Part shown: positions 55,412 through 64,000 of the stretch, piece by piece
Layout of the letters: every line of letters starts with the position of its first letter
Position numbering within the stretch: the stretch's first letter is position 1
Assembly (NCBI GenBank): GCA_963815185.1
Contig: CAWFGC010000011.1
Location: forward strand, 443,618 to 507,617
From: an uncultured Gammaproteobacteria bacterium
Lineage (GTDB): Bacteria; Pseudomonadota; Gammaproteobacteria; Xanthomonadales; SZUA-36
Direction of reading: 5' to 3'
DNA length: 64,000 nt
The notes under the pieces: model-generated
Database searches by the model: none
Seen by the model: only the letters and a program-made list of their open reading frames with translations
What the model was told of the DNA's origin: nothing
Translations under genes and position numbers: made by a program

Positions 55412-55517
55412 CAGCAAGAGTTGGAATCATCTGACTGCCGAAAACGGCAAATCCCCATCGCAAGGGAACAGCACGTTTCATCACGATCGTGTCTTCCGTG
55501 GCTGCACCAACAAGTGT

Positions 55518-55618
55518 TGGGTCAGAGTAAAGTGTCTGAGTAAAATCTACTCAGAGGAATGGAGATGGACGCAGAGTCTTTCAAAAACGATTTACTCCGG
55601 CACTTTACTCTGACCCCA
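55518..55618. repeat. 101-bp MITE-like element bounded by 17-18 bp inverted repeats
   Basis: The left end is TGGGTCAGAGTAAAGTG. The right end is CACTTTACTCTGACCCCA. An internal hairpin reads CTGAGTAAAATCTACTCAG. Confidence 0.75.
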
Positions 55619-55627
55619 TAGCGTCCT

Positions 55628-56041
55628 TTGCAGCAGACCGACGGCCCGACTGGCTTTGTCATTGGCCCGTCCATGTCGGCTTCCTGGTACAACCCTGTTG
55701 AATCGGGACACGGCATCATGATTCATCTGCTCGACGCGACACAGGAATGGATGTGCTGGTTCACCTTTGACCTGGATGGAAATCCAGCCTGGATATGCGC
55801 GCTGGGCAGTATCAGCGGCGACACGATTGTTTTTGAAGATGCTTTCATCGTCCAGGGTGGCAATTTCCCGCCCTTGTTCGATCCGCTACAGATAGTCGAG
55901 GTGCCGTGGGGCAGCATTACCGTCACTTTTACCGGATGCGACAGCGGCATGATGAACTGGTCGACTACAGCGGAAGGTTTGCAATCCGGAAGCATGCCGC
56001 TGACACGTCTGACATCTCTTTGGGGCAACGTTTGCCCGTAA
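55628..56041 (+). CDS. stand-alone copy of the domain repeated at the C-terminus of the S8 protease; possibly 5'-truncated
   Basis: SASWYNPVESGHGIMI...WFTFDLDGNPAW...LTRL...C parallels TGHWYRGMSGLGGATV...YIFDANGEPRW...VKLSDALSC in 21361..23904. It has no SD or signal peptide and starts right at the MITE edge. Confidence 0.45.
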   Translation: MQQTDGPTGFVIGPSMSASWYNPVESGHGIMIHLLDATQEWMCWFTFDLDGNPAWICALGSISGDTIVFEDAFIVQGGNFPPLFDPLQIVEVPWGSITVTFTGCDSGMMNWSTTAEGLQSGSMPLTRLTSLWGNVCP

Positions 56042-56232
56042 GTTACACCTTTGAATCGCACTGGTAACCTGCGGCAATTTCCTGATTTGACAGATGGCTT
56101 GACAAGCGTGCGTTTCGGGCAAGATCGCTCGCTGTTTACCTGAATTCAAACTGGGCATATACTTTTCCAGGTAGCCGAGCCGAAAGTATTTAGCGGCAGT
56201 CTGACGGGCCGTAATCTCAGGAGGAGGTAATC

Positions 56233-56748
56233 ATGGTTCGCATTTCATTGACCTTGGCACTCGCCGCAATACTTGCAGGCTGTGGTGCTTCAGAAGACGC
56301 AGCAGTAGCTGTTGGCTCCCGGGATGAAGCACAGGCTGTCACCGCCTGCGGCCTACTCACCCCCGAAGAGGTAGCTGCTGTCATCGGCATCCCGGTCACC
56401 AATGCTGTCGAGCAGAGCCATGGGATGTTTGGCAATTGCCGCTACGAGACCGGGAATAGGCAGCAGACGGTTGGGCTAATGCATTTTTCCGGATTGACGC
56501 CAAAGTCTGCCGCGCAACTGGCTGAGGAAGTGCGCGCCGACCTGGAGCGCGAGGGCATGCCGGATCAGGAGTTGCAGATCGAGCCGGGCGTGGGAGCACC
56601 AGCGGTCTACTATCCCGCCCCGGACGGAGGACTGCACACGCTGGTGATTCAGTCCGGTGAACACAAGATCATTTTGACCGCTGCCTCCCACGACACCGTT
56701 ACCGCGTTGGCGAAACGCGCGGTCGCGGCATTGCCTGGTTCAGGTTAG
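56233..56748 (+). CDS. lipoprotein, hypothetical
   Basis: A GGAGGAGG SD and the lipobox LAAILAGC are present. Confidence 0.75.
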   Translation: MVRISLTLALAAILAGCGASEDAAVAVGSRDEAQAVTACGLLTPEEVAAVIGIPVTNAVEQSHGMFGNCRYETGNRQQTVGLMHFSGLTPKSAAQLAEEVRADLEREGMPDQELQIEPGVGAPAVYYPAPDGGLHTLVIQSGEHKIILTAASHDTVTALAKRAVAALPGSG

Positions 56749-58898
56749 TGTCTCCGCTACAAGCGCTTGCCGGCGGAGACGAGGACCTCAGGCATGCCGA
56801 CCGATCCGCATCCGTGGTGCGCAGGCAAAATCGGTGGCCTGCCAGGTTTGCGCTGTCCATAATTCTCCTGTCCTGCCTGTCAGGGCCCTTGCATGCCAAG
56901 GACTTGCTGGATTACGTCATCGAGGCTGTCGATCCCACACTGGCGCCGGCGCGCCCGCTGATCGAGTGCATGGCTGGTGGTGGCAGCGCTGAGATCTGCG
57001 CCCTAGAAGCGGCCAAGAAGCAGGCATCGGGCGTATTGCCTATTGGGCCCGGCGATGATCGGGTCAAGAAGGCTGCGGCGGTATTTACCGCAGCGCGCGA
57101 AGAACGCTGGTTCGAGGTTCTGAAGATCGGCGGTGAAGTCGTGGCCAAGTCGGTTTCCTGCGCGATGCTTCCGTTGCAGGGCCCCATCAAGGGTACTGCC
57201 TGCAGCATCGTCGGGTGGGTGATTTCCAAGAATGCCGGCGTACTGGACAAGGCCTGGGATGCCCTCCGCGGGCCCGACTGGTGGGCGCTGATTGATCTGT
57301 TGGGAACAGCAGCCTGCGATCTGATTCCTGGCGACGGCCCTGCCGGCTATGCCAAGGACGTCATCTGCGGGCCGCTGGCTGCGGCGCTGCTGCAGGCGAA
57401 GCAGTGGGCCGAGGCTATGGCCAAGGGCGTCGTTGCCGGGGCGGATGCATTGGAAAACCTGGTTTTTGGTGATGACAGCCACATGCCGTATAACCGCTAT
57501 TTCGAGCTGTATTGGCAGCCCTGGTATCACTATTCCACCGCGCGGATCTGGCAAAACCAAGGATTGGGTCCCGCGGTCAACGGCGTGTACGGCAACTGCG
57601 TCGACTATTTCGATTCCCACAACCAGTACCGCTCTACGGCGAAGAAAACCTGCAGTGACCTTAAGAAGAAATTCGACACGCATGTAAAGGGATTTGCCGA
57701 TGCACTGCCGGTGGCCGTTGACGGCTATTTCGAATCCGTCGCCAAACCGGCAATTAGCGGCTTTGCCCGCGCCGGTTTTGGAAACGCGGTTCCGGACAAT
57801 CTGCCCGGCGAAGGCCTTTTCGTGTCGAACTGTGTTTTTCAGATGCGCCAACGGTTTCCCTTCCCTGAACCGGACGAAACCCGTTGCAAATTGCTGGAAA
57901 ACAAGTCGAAACAATATGCCAACGTCGGTTTAGGCGCGCTCGGGCCGCTGTACCAGACGCTGGCCAAGTCCTGCTATAGCGATGTCCAGCAGCAAACACT
58001 GGATCCCACCATCTGGGCCATGGCCTGTGACGATTTGCGGGCGCGCTACCGGCAGGTCTATACGGGCGAGACGCTCAAGCTGTTCAAAACGATCGGGGAT
58101 CTGAAGAAAGCGGGCTGTTTACTGGCCGACCCGGAGCAGGAGGGTCGGCTGCGACTTGACTGCGAATCCTATGCGGCACATGCCATTTGTCTGGAGGCAT
58201 TGTTGCCGAATGGAGACAAATACTGTGTAAAGCCAACCTTGAAGATGTCGGACGCCCAACGCGCCAATGAAACCGTTTCGATGCAGCCCTCCGCCGCGGG
58301 CATCAGCGCGGCCGGCGCATCGTCCGCGCCCCGGCGCACAGGGCGGCTTCAGCCCGGTTCAACCTCCGCGAACAGTCAGGCTGACGATGCCGCAGCGCCT
58401 CGTGTACCCCCGGCCGGCGTTGCAGCCACCGGTCGGGTACTGCGGTCCGCCATGACATTTGAAGCTGAAAATCTGCTGGCTGTGGGCAAGGTGCGGCTGC
58501 GTGGCGGACAGGCCGTGGCCCAGCCGATGGCCGGTTTCGGTCCGGGCTGGAGTGCTGACACACAATTGTTTTGGCACGGCGCGGCTGCCGGCGCGACGCT
58601 GGACTTGCTCATCGATGTGCCGTACGACGGCGCCTGGGTCGTAGAGATCGCGTTAACGCGTGCGCCGGATTACGGCAAACTGGATTTCGAGGTTGATAGT
58701 CATCCAATTGAACGGGGCTTTGATGGCTATGCACCTCAGGTTACAGGTCCGGTGCGGGTCTCGCTGGGCACATTTGCAATGATCAAGGGCCAGCGGCCGG
58801 TCAGCCTGAAGATCAATGGAAAAAATGGCGCTTCTACCGGCTGGCTCGCTGGCGTTGATCGCATCGTACTGACCCCGTCGGGTAATAATCAGCGGTAA
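56748..58898 (+). CDS. large secreted Cys-rich protein with a C-terminal CBM-like beta-sandwich domain
   Basis: Signal peptide is RFALSIILLSCLSGPLHA. The true start is uncertain, with GTG candidates at 56748 and ~56812. The ~450-aa Cys-rich N-terminal region has no motif I recognise. A Ser/Ala/Pro linker follows. The C-terminus FEAENLL...GATLDLLIDVPYDGAWVVEIAL...GVDRIVLTP follows the jelly-roll CBM6/35-like pattern. Confidence 0.75.
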   Translation: MSPLQALAGGDEDLRHADRSASVVRRQNRWPARFALSIILLSCLSGPLHAKDLLDYVIEAVDPTLAPARPLIECMAGGGSAEICALEAAKKQASGVLPIGPGDDRVKKAAAVFTAAREERWFEVLKIGGEVVAKSVSCAMLPLQGPIKGTACSIVGWVISKNAGVLDKAWDALRGPDWWALIDLLGTAACDLIPGDGPAGYAKDVICGPLAAALLQAKQWAEAMAKGVVAGADALENLVFGDDSHMPYNRYFELYWQPWYHYSTARIWQNQGLGPAVNGVYGNCVDYFDSHNQYRSTAKKTCSDLKKKFDTHVKGFADALPVAVDGYFESVAKPAISGFARAGFGNAVPDNLPGEGLFVSNCVFQMRQRFPFPEPDETRCKLLENKSKQYANVGLGALGPLYQTLAKSCYSDVQQQTLDPTIWAMACDDLRARYRQVYTGETLKLFKTIGDLKKAGCLLADPEQEGRLRLDCESYAAHAICLEALLPNGDKYCVKPTLKMSDAQRANETVSMQPSAAGISAAGASSAPRRTGRLQPGSTSANSQADDAAAPRVPPAGVAATGRVLRSAMTFEAENLLAVGKVRLRGGQAVAQPMAGFGPGWSADTQLFWHGAAAGATLDLLIDVPYDGAWVVEIALTRAPDYGKLDFEVDSHPIERGFDGYAPQVTGPVRVSLGTFAMIKGQRPVSLKINGKNGASTGWLAGVDRIVLTPSGNNQR

Positions 58899-58955
58899 CG
58901 CCAAGTCTGCTGAAAGGACGGAAATGCGCAGGGTTCACGTAAGGAGGAAAGCGGA

Positions 58956-59615
58956 ATGACGATGAAAGGGAACGCAGGGCTGCTGGAACTGCGAAGGACG
59001 GAGCTTCATGCGGCGCTTGCAAGTTTCTTGATCGTGTTTGCGGTGCTGTTTTGGAGCGCCACACCGCTGGGAGCGGCCGAGGTATACCTTGGCCGCCCGA
59101 CTGTTGGGGAGAACCGGGTCGATATCTGCCTGCAATGGGGCAGCGGCTGTGATGGCGAAGCCGCCGAGGCGTACTGCAAGTCACTGGGCTACGATCGCAT
59201 GGTCTCCTGGGAGCCTGACAATGATATTGGCGCAGATCATCCCACCATCGTTATCGGCTCTGGCCAGGTCTGCGCCGATGCCTATTGCGACGGGTACCTT
59301 TCTGTAACCTGCGCGTTGGAGGACGAATGGACGCAAAGCACAGGAAATGGCGGGGTCGTGGCGGAGCTGGTGAGCAAGTCCGGCCAATCGCCCGAGGGCA
59401 TCCTGCTGATCGCGGTGGCTGAACACGATGTCCACATGACAATGGCCACTATCGTGGATTCGCACGGGCTCGCCCTGCTGCATACCCCCCCGGGCGCTTA
59501 CCGACTGTTCATTAATGATTACAAGAATACCGTCCCCATCAGACCACAGCCGGCATATCCGCTGGACGTTGAAGGGGGAAGTACGGGGAATTTCGTTACG
59601 ATCGACATTGAATGA
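58956..59615 (+). CDS. secreted hypothetical protein (Cys-rich N-domain plus carboxypeptidase-regulatory-like beta-sandwich)
   Basis: AAGGAGG SD and a signal/anchor FLIVFAVLFWSATPLGAA are present. The N-domain reads VDICLQWGSGCDGEAAEAYCKSLGY. The C-terminal part reads GVVAELVSKSGQSPEGILLIAV...PPGAYRLFI. Confidence 0.7.
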   Translation: MTMKGNAGLLELRRTELHAALASFLIVFAVLFWSATPLGAAEVYLGRPTVGENRVDICLQWGSGCDGEAAEAYCKSLGYDRMVSWEPDNDIGADHPTIVIGSGQVCADAYCDGYLSVTCALEDEWTQSTGNGGVVAELVSKSGQSPEGILLIAVAEHDVHMTMATIVDSHGLALLHTPPGAYRLFINDYKNTVPIRPQPAYPLDVEGGSTGNFVTIDIE

Positions 59616-59687
59616 CCGTGCCCGGCAAGGAAGGTCAGCTGTAATTTTGGGGTCAGGGTAAAGACTCATTTTTCGGGGAAGAGAAAA

Positions 59688-59730
59688 GGGGCCGGATACA
59701 ACTTCAAATAAGTATCCGGCCCCTTTTTTT
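59688..59730 (+). terminator. rho-independent terminator after the 55.6-59.6 kb operon
   Basis: GGGGCCGGATAC - 12-nt loop - GTATCCGGCCCC is followed by TTTTTTT. Confidence 0.85.
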
Positions 59731-59941
59731 GGGCCCCTTTTCTCATCGATCTGCCTTATCCGGGTTATCGCGAACCGCAGGGAGCAATCGGCGAGTACAA
59801 TAGGAATTTCGTGGTGAACCAGATGGCGCTGCGCTTGAGAAGTGCTGCAACGCCGCGCAGCGAAATCCGCGCCACGTAATGGAACTTCTGGCACGCGGAC
59901 AGGCGCTGACAGCTTACTGACATTCGACTAGCGGAAGATGC

Positions 59942-60958
59942 ATGAGCAAGTCCACGAAACGGCCGGCCTACCGTGTACTAAAGCCCCAGGACCTGGAGGC
60001 CGCGCATGGCATGCGTGCGTTTGCGCTTCACGTGCTTAACGGGCTGAGCGAAACGCCAAAGCGCCTCTCTTCGCGCTGGATTTATGATGAGCACGGCAGC
60101 GAGCTGTTCGCACGGATCTGCGATGTTGAGGAGTACTATCTAACGCGCTGTGAAGCCGAAATTCTGCGCAATCATACACCGGACATTCTCAAGCTTGCCG
60201 GGGGTGAGGCGCTCGACATAGTGGATTTGGGCGCCGGAGACGGTCGCAAGACCAACATCGTGCTTGAACGCGCGCTGAAGCAGTTGAAAGACGTCCGCTA
60301 TGTTCCAATCGATATTTCAGAATCCGCCATGGCGGGCCTGGTGAAAGCGACGGGCGAGAAGTTCCCGGCGTTGAAATTCGGCGGCATCGTCGCGGAGTAT
60401 TTTGACGGATTAAACTGGCTGAGCAACAGGGACGAGCGCAAGCATCTCGTGATGTTCCTTGGCAGCAACATCGGGAATTTCAACAAAGTTCAGGCGCGTG
60501 TGTTTCTCCGCCAATTATGGGAAGCGCTCAATCACGGCGATCTGGTGCTGATAGGCTTCGACCTGAAAAAGGATATCGAGCTGTTACTGGCCGGGTACAA
60601 CGACAAAGAAGGCCTGACAGCCGCGTTCAACAAGAATCTTCTAAAGCGCATCAATCGCGAACTCGGTGGCAACTTCGACTTGAGCGCTTACCGGCACTAC
60701 GCAACTTATGACGTGTTCAGCGGCGCGGTTGAGAGTTACATCGTGAGCCTCAAGGCGCAGATGGTGACGATCAAGGATTTGCAGAGCACCTTCGAGTTCG
60801 ACGAGTGGGAACCAATCCACACTGAGTACTCTTATAAGTACCTGCAGAAGGACATCGACGCGCTAGCCGCCAGTACGGGCTTCAAGACCGTCGAGCAGTA
60901 CTACGACAACAATGGCTGGTTCACCGACAGCTTGTGGCAGGTCGAAAAGGGTCTTTAG
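59942..60958 (+). CDS. egtD: L-histidine N(alpha)-methyltransferase EgtD
   Basis: YDEHGSELFARICDVEEYYLTRCE, DLGAGDGRKT, FLGSNIGNF and AAFNKNLLKRINRELG are present. Confidence 0.85.
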   Translation: MSKSTKRPAYRVLKPQDLEAAHGMRAFALHVLNGLSETPKRLSSRWIYDEHGSELFARICDVEEYYLTRCEAEILRNHTPDILKLAGGEALDIVDLGAGDGRKTNIVLERALKQLKDVRYVPIDISESAMAGLVKATGEKFPALKFGGIVAEYFDGLNWLSNRDERKHLVMFLGSNIGNFNKVQARVFLRQLWEALNHGDLVLIGFDLKKDIELLLAGYNDKEGLTAAFNKNLLKRINRELGGNFDLSAYRHYATYDVFSGAVESYIVSLKAQMVTIKDLQSTFEFDEWEPIHTEYSYKYLQKDIDALAASTGFKTVEQYYDNNGWFTDSLWQVEKGL

Positions 60959-60991
60959 GCAGACTTCAGGTGATTCAAAACCGCTGACATT

Positions 60992-61037
60992 TGGCCACTG
61001 AGGTTTGGGGGCGTACACCCCCAAACCTCAGTGGCCA
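60992..61037. terminator. perfect 20-bp stem hairpin downstream of egtD, with no U-tract
   Basis: Sequence is TGGCCACTGAGGTTTGGGGG - CGTACA - CCCCCAAACCTCAGTGGCCA. Confidence 0.6.
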
Positions 61038-61106
61038 GGGCCGGGAAATATCGCTTGAAGGGCGCTATACTCCGTACGGTAAATCACCAGCTTGGGAGGA
61101 AGAATC

Positions 61107-61757
61107 ATGGACAAAACACCAGCCTGGCATGTAGAAGGCGACTGGTTCGACGTATGTAGCTGCAATGTTCCCTGCCCCTGTTCCTGGGCCGAACCACCCG
61201 ATGATGATCATTGCGAGGGAGTACTGGTCTGGAGTATCCGGGCCGGCCGGTTCGGTGACGTTGGTCTCGACGGCCTCAACGTCGCTGCGGTTGGCACCTA
61301 CAACGGCAATGTTTGGGAAGGCACACATTCGGATCCCAAGATCGGCGTGCTTATCGACGAGCGAGCGGACGAGCGGCAGCGCGACGCTCTGCTGAAGATT
61401 TTCGGGGGCCAGGTAGGGGGCTGGCCAGGCCGCTTCATGGAGATGTTCGGTGCTGAAATGGTGGGCCTCGACTTCGCGCCCATCTCTGTTGAGATCGATC
61501 CGGATCTGGCGTTCTGGCGAGCCGAGGTTCCGGGCCGTATCCGCGCCGCTGCCAAGGGGCTGACCGGCCCGACAAGCGTGGGTGGCAAACCTCCTCGAAT
61601 CGAGAACCTCCCCGGGGCCGAAACCGGCCCGGGCCAGACGGCCACCTGGGGAAAGGCCACCGCTGATTCCGTCAATGCGTTTACGTTTAACTGGGAGCAT
61701 GAGAGTAAATCGAGCAAGCACATCACTTTTGACTGGAGCGGTCCCGATCAGGCTTGA
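61107..61757 (+). CDS. DUF1326 domain-containing protein
   Basis: GGGAGGA SD is present. The N-terminal WFDVCSCNVPCPCSW motif is typical of DUF1326, and the gene is paired with DUF2182. Confidence 0.7.
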   Translation: MDKTPAWHVEGDWFDVCSCNVPCPCSWAEPPDDDHCEGVLVWSIRAGRFGDVGLDGLNVAAVGTYNGNVWEGTHSDPKIGVLIDERADERQRDALLKIFGGQVGGWPGRFMEMFGAEMVGLDFAPISVEIDPDLAFWRAEVPGRIRAAAKGLTGPTSVGGKPPRIENLPGAETGPGQTATWGKATADSVNAFTFNWEHESKSSKHITFDWSGPDQA

Positions 61758-62575
61758 GCGCCTCACTCTCTGACCCGGGTTCGAATATCGTATTGACGCC
61801 CAGCTTGAACCCCACCCTCGCCCGCCAGCGTATGGTCATTTTGGCGGCGCTGATCACGATCACCGTGCTCGCCTGGATGTGGGTGGCTTGGCAGGCGGGC
61901 CAGGCGATGCCCTCGGGCAGGTCCGGCCTGGGTCTCACCATGGGCATGGGTGCCTGGCCGTTGCTGATCATGTGGACTGTCATGATGATCGGAATGATGT
62001 TCCCGGCTTCCGCCCCGATGATTCTGACGTTCTCGGCGATCCAGGCCCGGAAGCGCGCGCGTGAGCTTCCCTATGTACCGGTTTCCGTATTCACCGGGGC
62101 CTACATGCTGGTCTGGGTGGCTTTTGGTGTTGTGGCATTGGGCCTGGCGGCCGGCCTGGACGCCCTGTCCGAACAATCCAGATGGTTGATATCCAGCTGG
62201 CCCAGAATCTCAGGCGCACTGATTCTGGCGGCAGGTATCTATCAATTCACTCCCTACAAGAGCGTCTGCCTGCGTCACTGCCGCAGTGCGATGGGATTCC
62301 TGATGGAACACTGGCGCGACGGCTGGCTAGGTGCATTCTCGATGGGCCTGCGACACGGATTTTATTGCGCGGGCTGCTGCTGGCTGCTGTTTGTGATCCT
62401 GGTCCCACTCGGGCTCATGAACTTTGTGGCCATGGGTGCCGTCACGGTCCTGGTGTTTGCGGAGAAAACACTACCTCGCGGTGACTGGATCGCCGCTGCC
62501 GCGGGGGTGTTGCTCGTAAGCCTCGGAATGATTGTGCTCTTTTACCCGGGCGCCTGGCCCAGCCTTATGGGATAG
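61754..62575 (+). CDS. DUF2182 domain-containing predicted metal-binding membrane protein
   Basis: It is polytopic and carries CLRHCRSAMGFL and GFYCAGCCW Cys/His motifs. The start is uncertain: TTG at 61754 overlapping the upstream stop, or ATG at 61832. Confidence 0.65.
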   Translation: MSASLSDPGSNIVLTPSLNPTLARQRMVILAALITITVLAWMWVAWQAGQAMPSGRSGLGLTMGMGAWPLLIMWTVMMIGMMFPASAPMILTFSAIQARKRARELPYVPVSVFTGAYMLVWVAFGVVALGLAAGLDALSEQSRWLISSWPRISGALILAAGIYQFTPYKSVCLRHCRSAMGFLMEHWRDGWLGAFSMGLRHGFYCAGCCWLLFVILVPLGLMNFVAMGAVTVLVFAEKTLPRGDWIAAAAGVLLVSLGMIVLFYPGAWPSLMG

Positions 62576-62614
62576 GAAATTACGGGGTTGGACCAACGTA
62601 TTTCGTTGATATGA

Positions 62615-62800
62615 TTAAAGTAATGTCACAATCCAGATATTTGCGTGGCCGGTGATTAAGCAGGCGTTCGAGCGATCTGCTACAACCTGGGTCAGGTCTT
62701 CCAGGCTCGTTTTCTTAGGTAGGTACTGACGGATCAGCCCATTCGTGTTTTCGTTGCTACCGCGCCACCAGGCTGTGCACGGTGCGGTAGCGGTATGCAC
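62615..62800 (-). mobile_element. IS30-family transposase remnant (C-terminal catalytic region, frameshifted)
   Basis: WWRGSNENTNGLIRQYLPKKTSL matches the IS30 block W.RG.NENTNGLLRQYFPK. NHRPRKYLD follows in another frame. Confidence 0.6.
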
Positions 62801-63171
62801 GCAGCCGCGTCTGATCCAGGCCAGGTCTTATCACACTGAGCTGCGGCAGAATCCAAAAGGTTCGAACACTCACTTCGCAGACATTCTAAGGGAAGCACTC
62901 TGGCTTTACACCGTGTGTTCCATTACGAGCATTGGATGTTTCGGACGGGCCCCTGGTGCTTCGTTGGCTTCTATTTGGCTCACCTCCCAGTTGTCGGATC
63001 GTAATCCCCCACTCGCACTGCATGCTGTAACTCTGGAGGGGGAAAGGTCACATTCGGGCTTTCCCCAAACGCCTACATTTTTTTGGTCTTAAGAGACTAT
63101 AATGAGCCGCAGATCATTTTTAGCTCCGATTCATACAATTATTCGCAGCCCCTCTGGTCCAATTGGATTCC

Positions 63172-63882
63172 ATGCTACTCATCCTTCATATACCTAAAAC
63201 GGCGGGAACAAGCCTGCGAGTGTCTCTGCAAAATGAGTTTGGTCTGCCACGCATCGCCCTGGATTATTGGGGCCAGTCTGATCATACCAGCAGCATCGTC
63301 CGGCACCACCTCTATCAGAATAATGCCGCTTTGGGTACCGGGGATCTGGTTCAAAATCTGAGGGCAACAGGATACCAGGCACTGATCGGTCATTTTCCCT
63401 TCAGTAAATATGGTGAATTTTTCCTGCCCAGTGAAGTTATTGCCTTTGTGAGAGAGCCGCTGGTGCGAAGCTGCTCCGAGTATTTACACAAGCGCCGGCA
63501 CGACAAAATCGAGGGTACTTTTTCTGAATTCATCGAGGACCCACGTAACCAGAACGTACAGGCAAAGATGCTGAATGGGCATCAACAGGAAAATTTCATC
63601 GGGATAACGGAGCGATATGCCGATTCGCTCTCCATGCTCAACAAACGTTTTGGCCTGCAGATCAAGGAACGAAAGGCAAACCGGGCACCACGCGGTGGTG
63701 GCATGCGTTTCCTGAAAGGGCTGAACCGGAAGATCGTTGACCGGTATCGCGAGTTAAATCAGCAAGATATCGTCATGTATCGAGAATCCCTGAGCAGGCT
63801 GGAGAAACTGCGGCCAACGACTGCCAGATGCAAAGGATGGGTTCGAAGAATAACTTCAACAAAGCCCGGTAATCTCACCTGA
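63172..63882 (+). CDS. sulfotransferase family 2-like protein
   Basis: MLLILHIPKTAGTSLRVSL is the 5'-PSB loop typical of Sulfotransfer_2-type enzymes. The context is AT-rich. Confidence 0.6.
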   Translation: MLLILHIPKTAGTSLRVSLQNEFGLPRIALDYWGQSDHTSSIVRHHLYQNNAALGTGDLVQNLRATGYQALIGHFPFSKYGEFFLPSEVIAFVREPLVRSCSEYLHKRRHDKIEGTFSEFIEDPRNQNVQAKMLNGHQQENFIGITERYADSLSMLNKRFGLQIKERKANRAPRGGGMRFLKGLNRKIVDRYRELNQQDIVMYRESLSRLEKLRPTTARCKGWVRRITSTKPGNLT

Positions 63883-64000
63883 GATGATGTCTGGGAATCG
63901 CTCGTTTATCCGGCGCTTTCACGCACGAGCCGTTGCGATATCGGCGAGACGCCAGCATGGATAAGACTTTTACCCTGGTCAGTGCGGAAAAAGGAATAAA

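Overview
This is 64 kb of a GC-rich proteobacterial chromosome that looks gammaproteobacterial; the organism cannot be named from sequence alone. All family names below rest on motifs recognised by eye, with no database search.

Core genes, left to right:
- tRNA-Leu(CAA) and a MetX-like acyltransferase.
- A complete ccmABCDEFGHI cytochrome c maturation operon on the minus strand, coupled by ATGA/GTGA overlaps.
- Glutathione reductase, a very large S8 subtilase and kynU.
- queA-tgt-yajC-secD-secF.
- A sulfotransferase, a Lys/Ala-repeat histone H1-like protein, suhB/trmJ and an ATL protein.
- An EncFtn-like gene coupled to the adhC-fghA formaldehyde operon, then mscS.
- Branched-chain acyl-CoA genes (ivd, thiolase, mccB, SDR), a GST, an M16 peptidase and a quinone oxidoreductase.
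- egtB and egtD, which are 9.3 kb apart, and a DUF1326/DUF2182 pair.

Accessory content:
- Positions ~297-9680, flush against the 3' end of tRNA-Leu, form an AT-richer island. It holds nine intact small secreted Cys-rich protein genes in at least three paralog families, one of which looks CVNH-lectin-like. It also holds decayed copies, IS fragments and a palindromic REP/MITE-like repeat. This is my best candidate for an undescribed system.
- Positions 55.3-59.7 kb carry a repeat-bracketed four-gene secreted-protein cassette, including a 716-aa Cys-rich protein with a CBM-like C-terminus.
- The right end (62.6-64 kb) has an IS30 remnant and a second sulfotransferase.

I count at least 15 reading-frame breaks in otherwise conserved genes: ccmF x2, gor x1, the S8 protease x2, mscS x2 and icmF x8.
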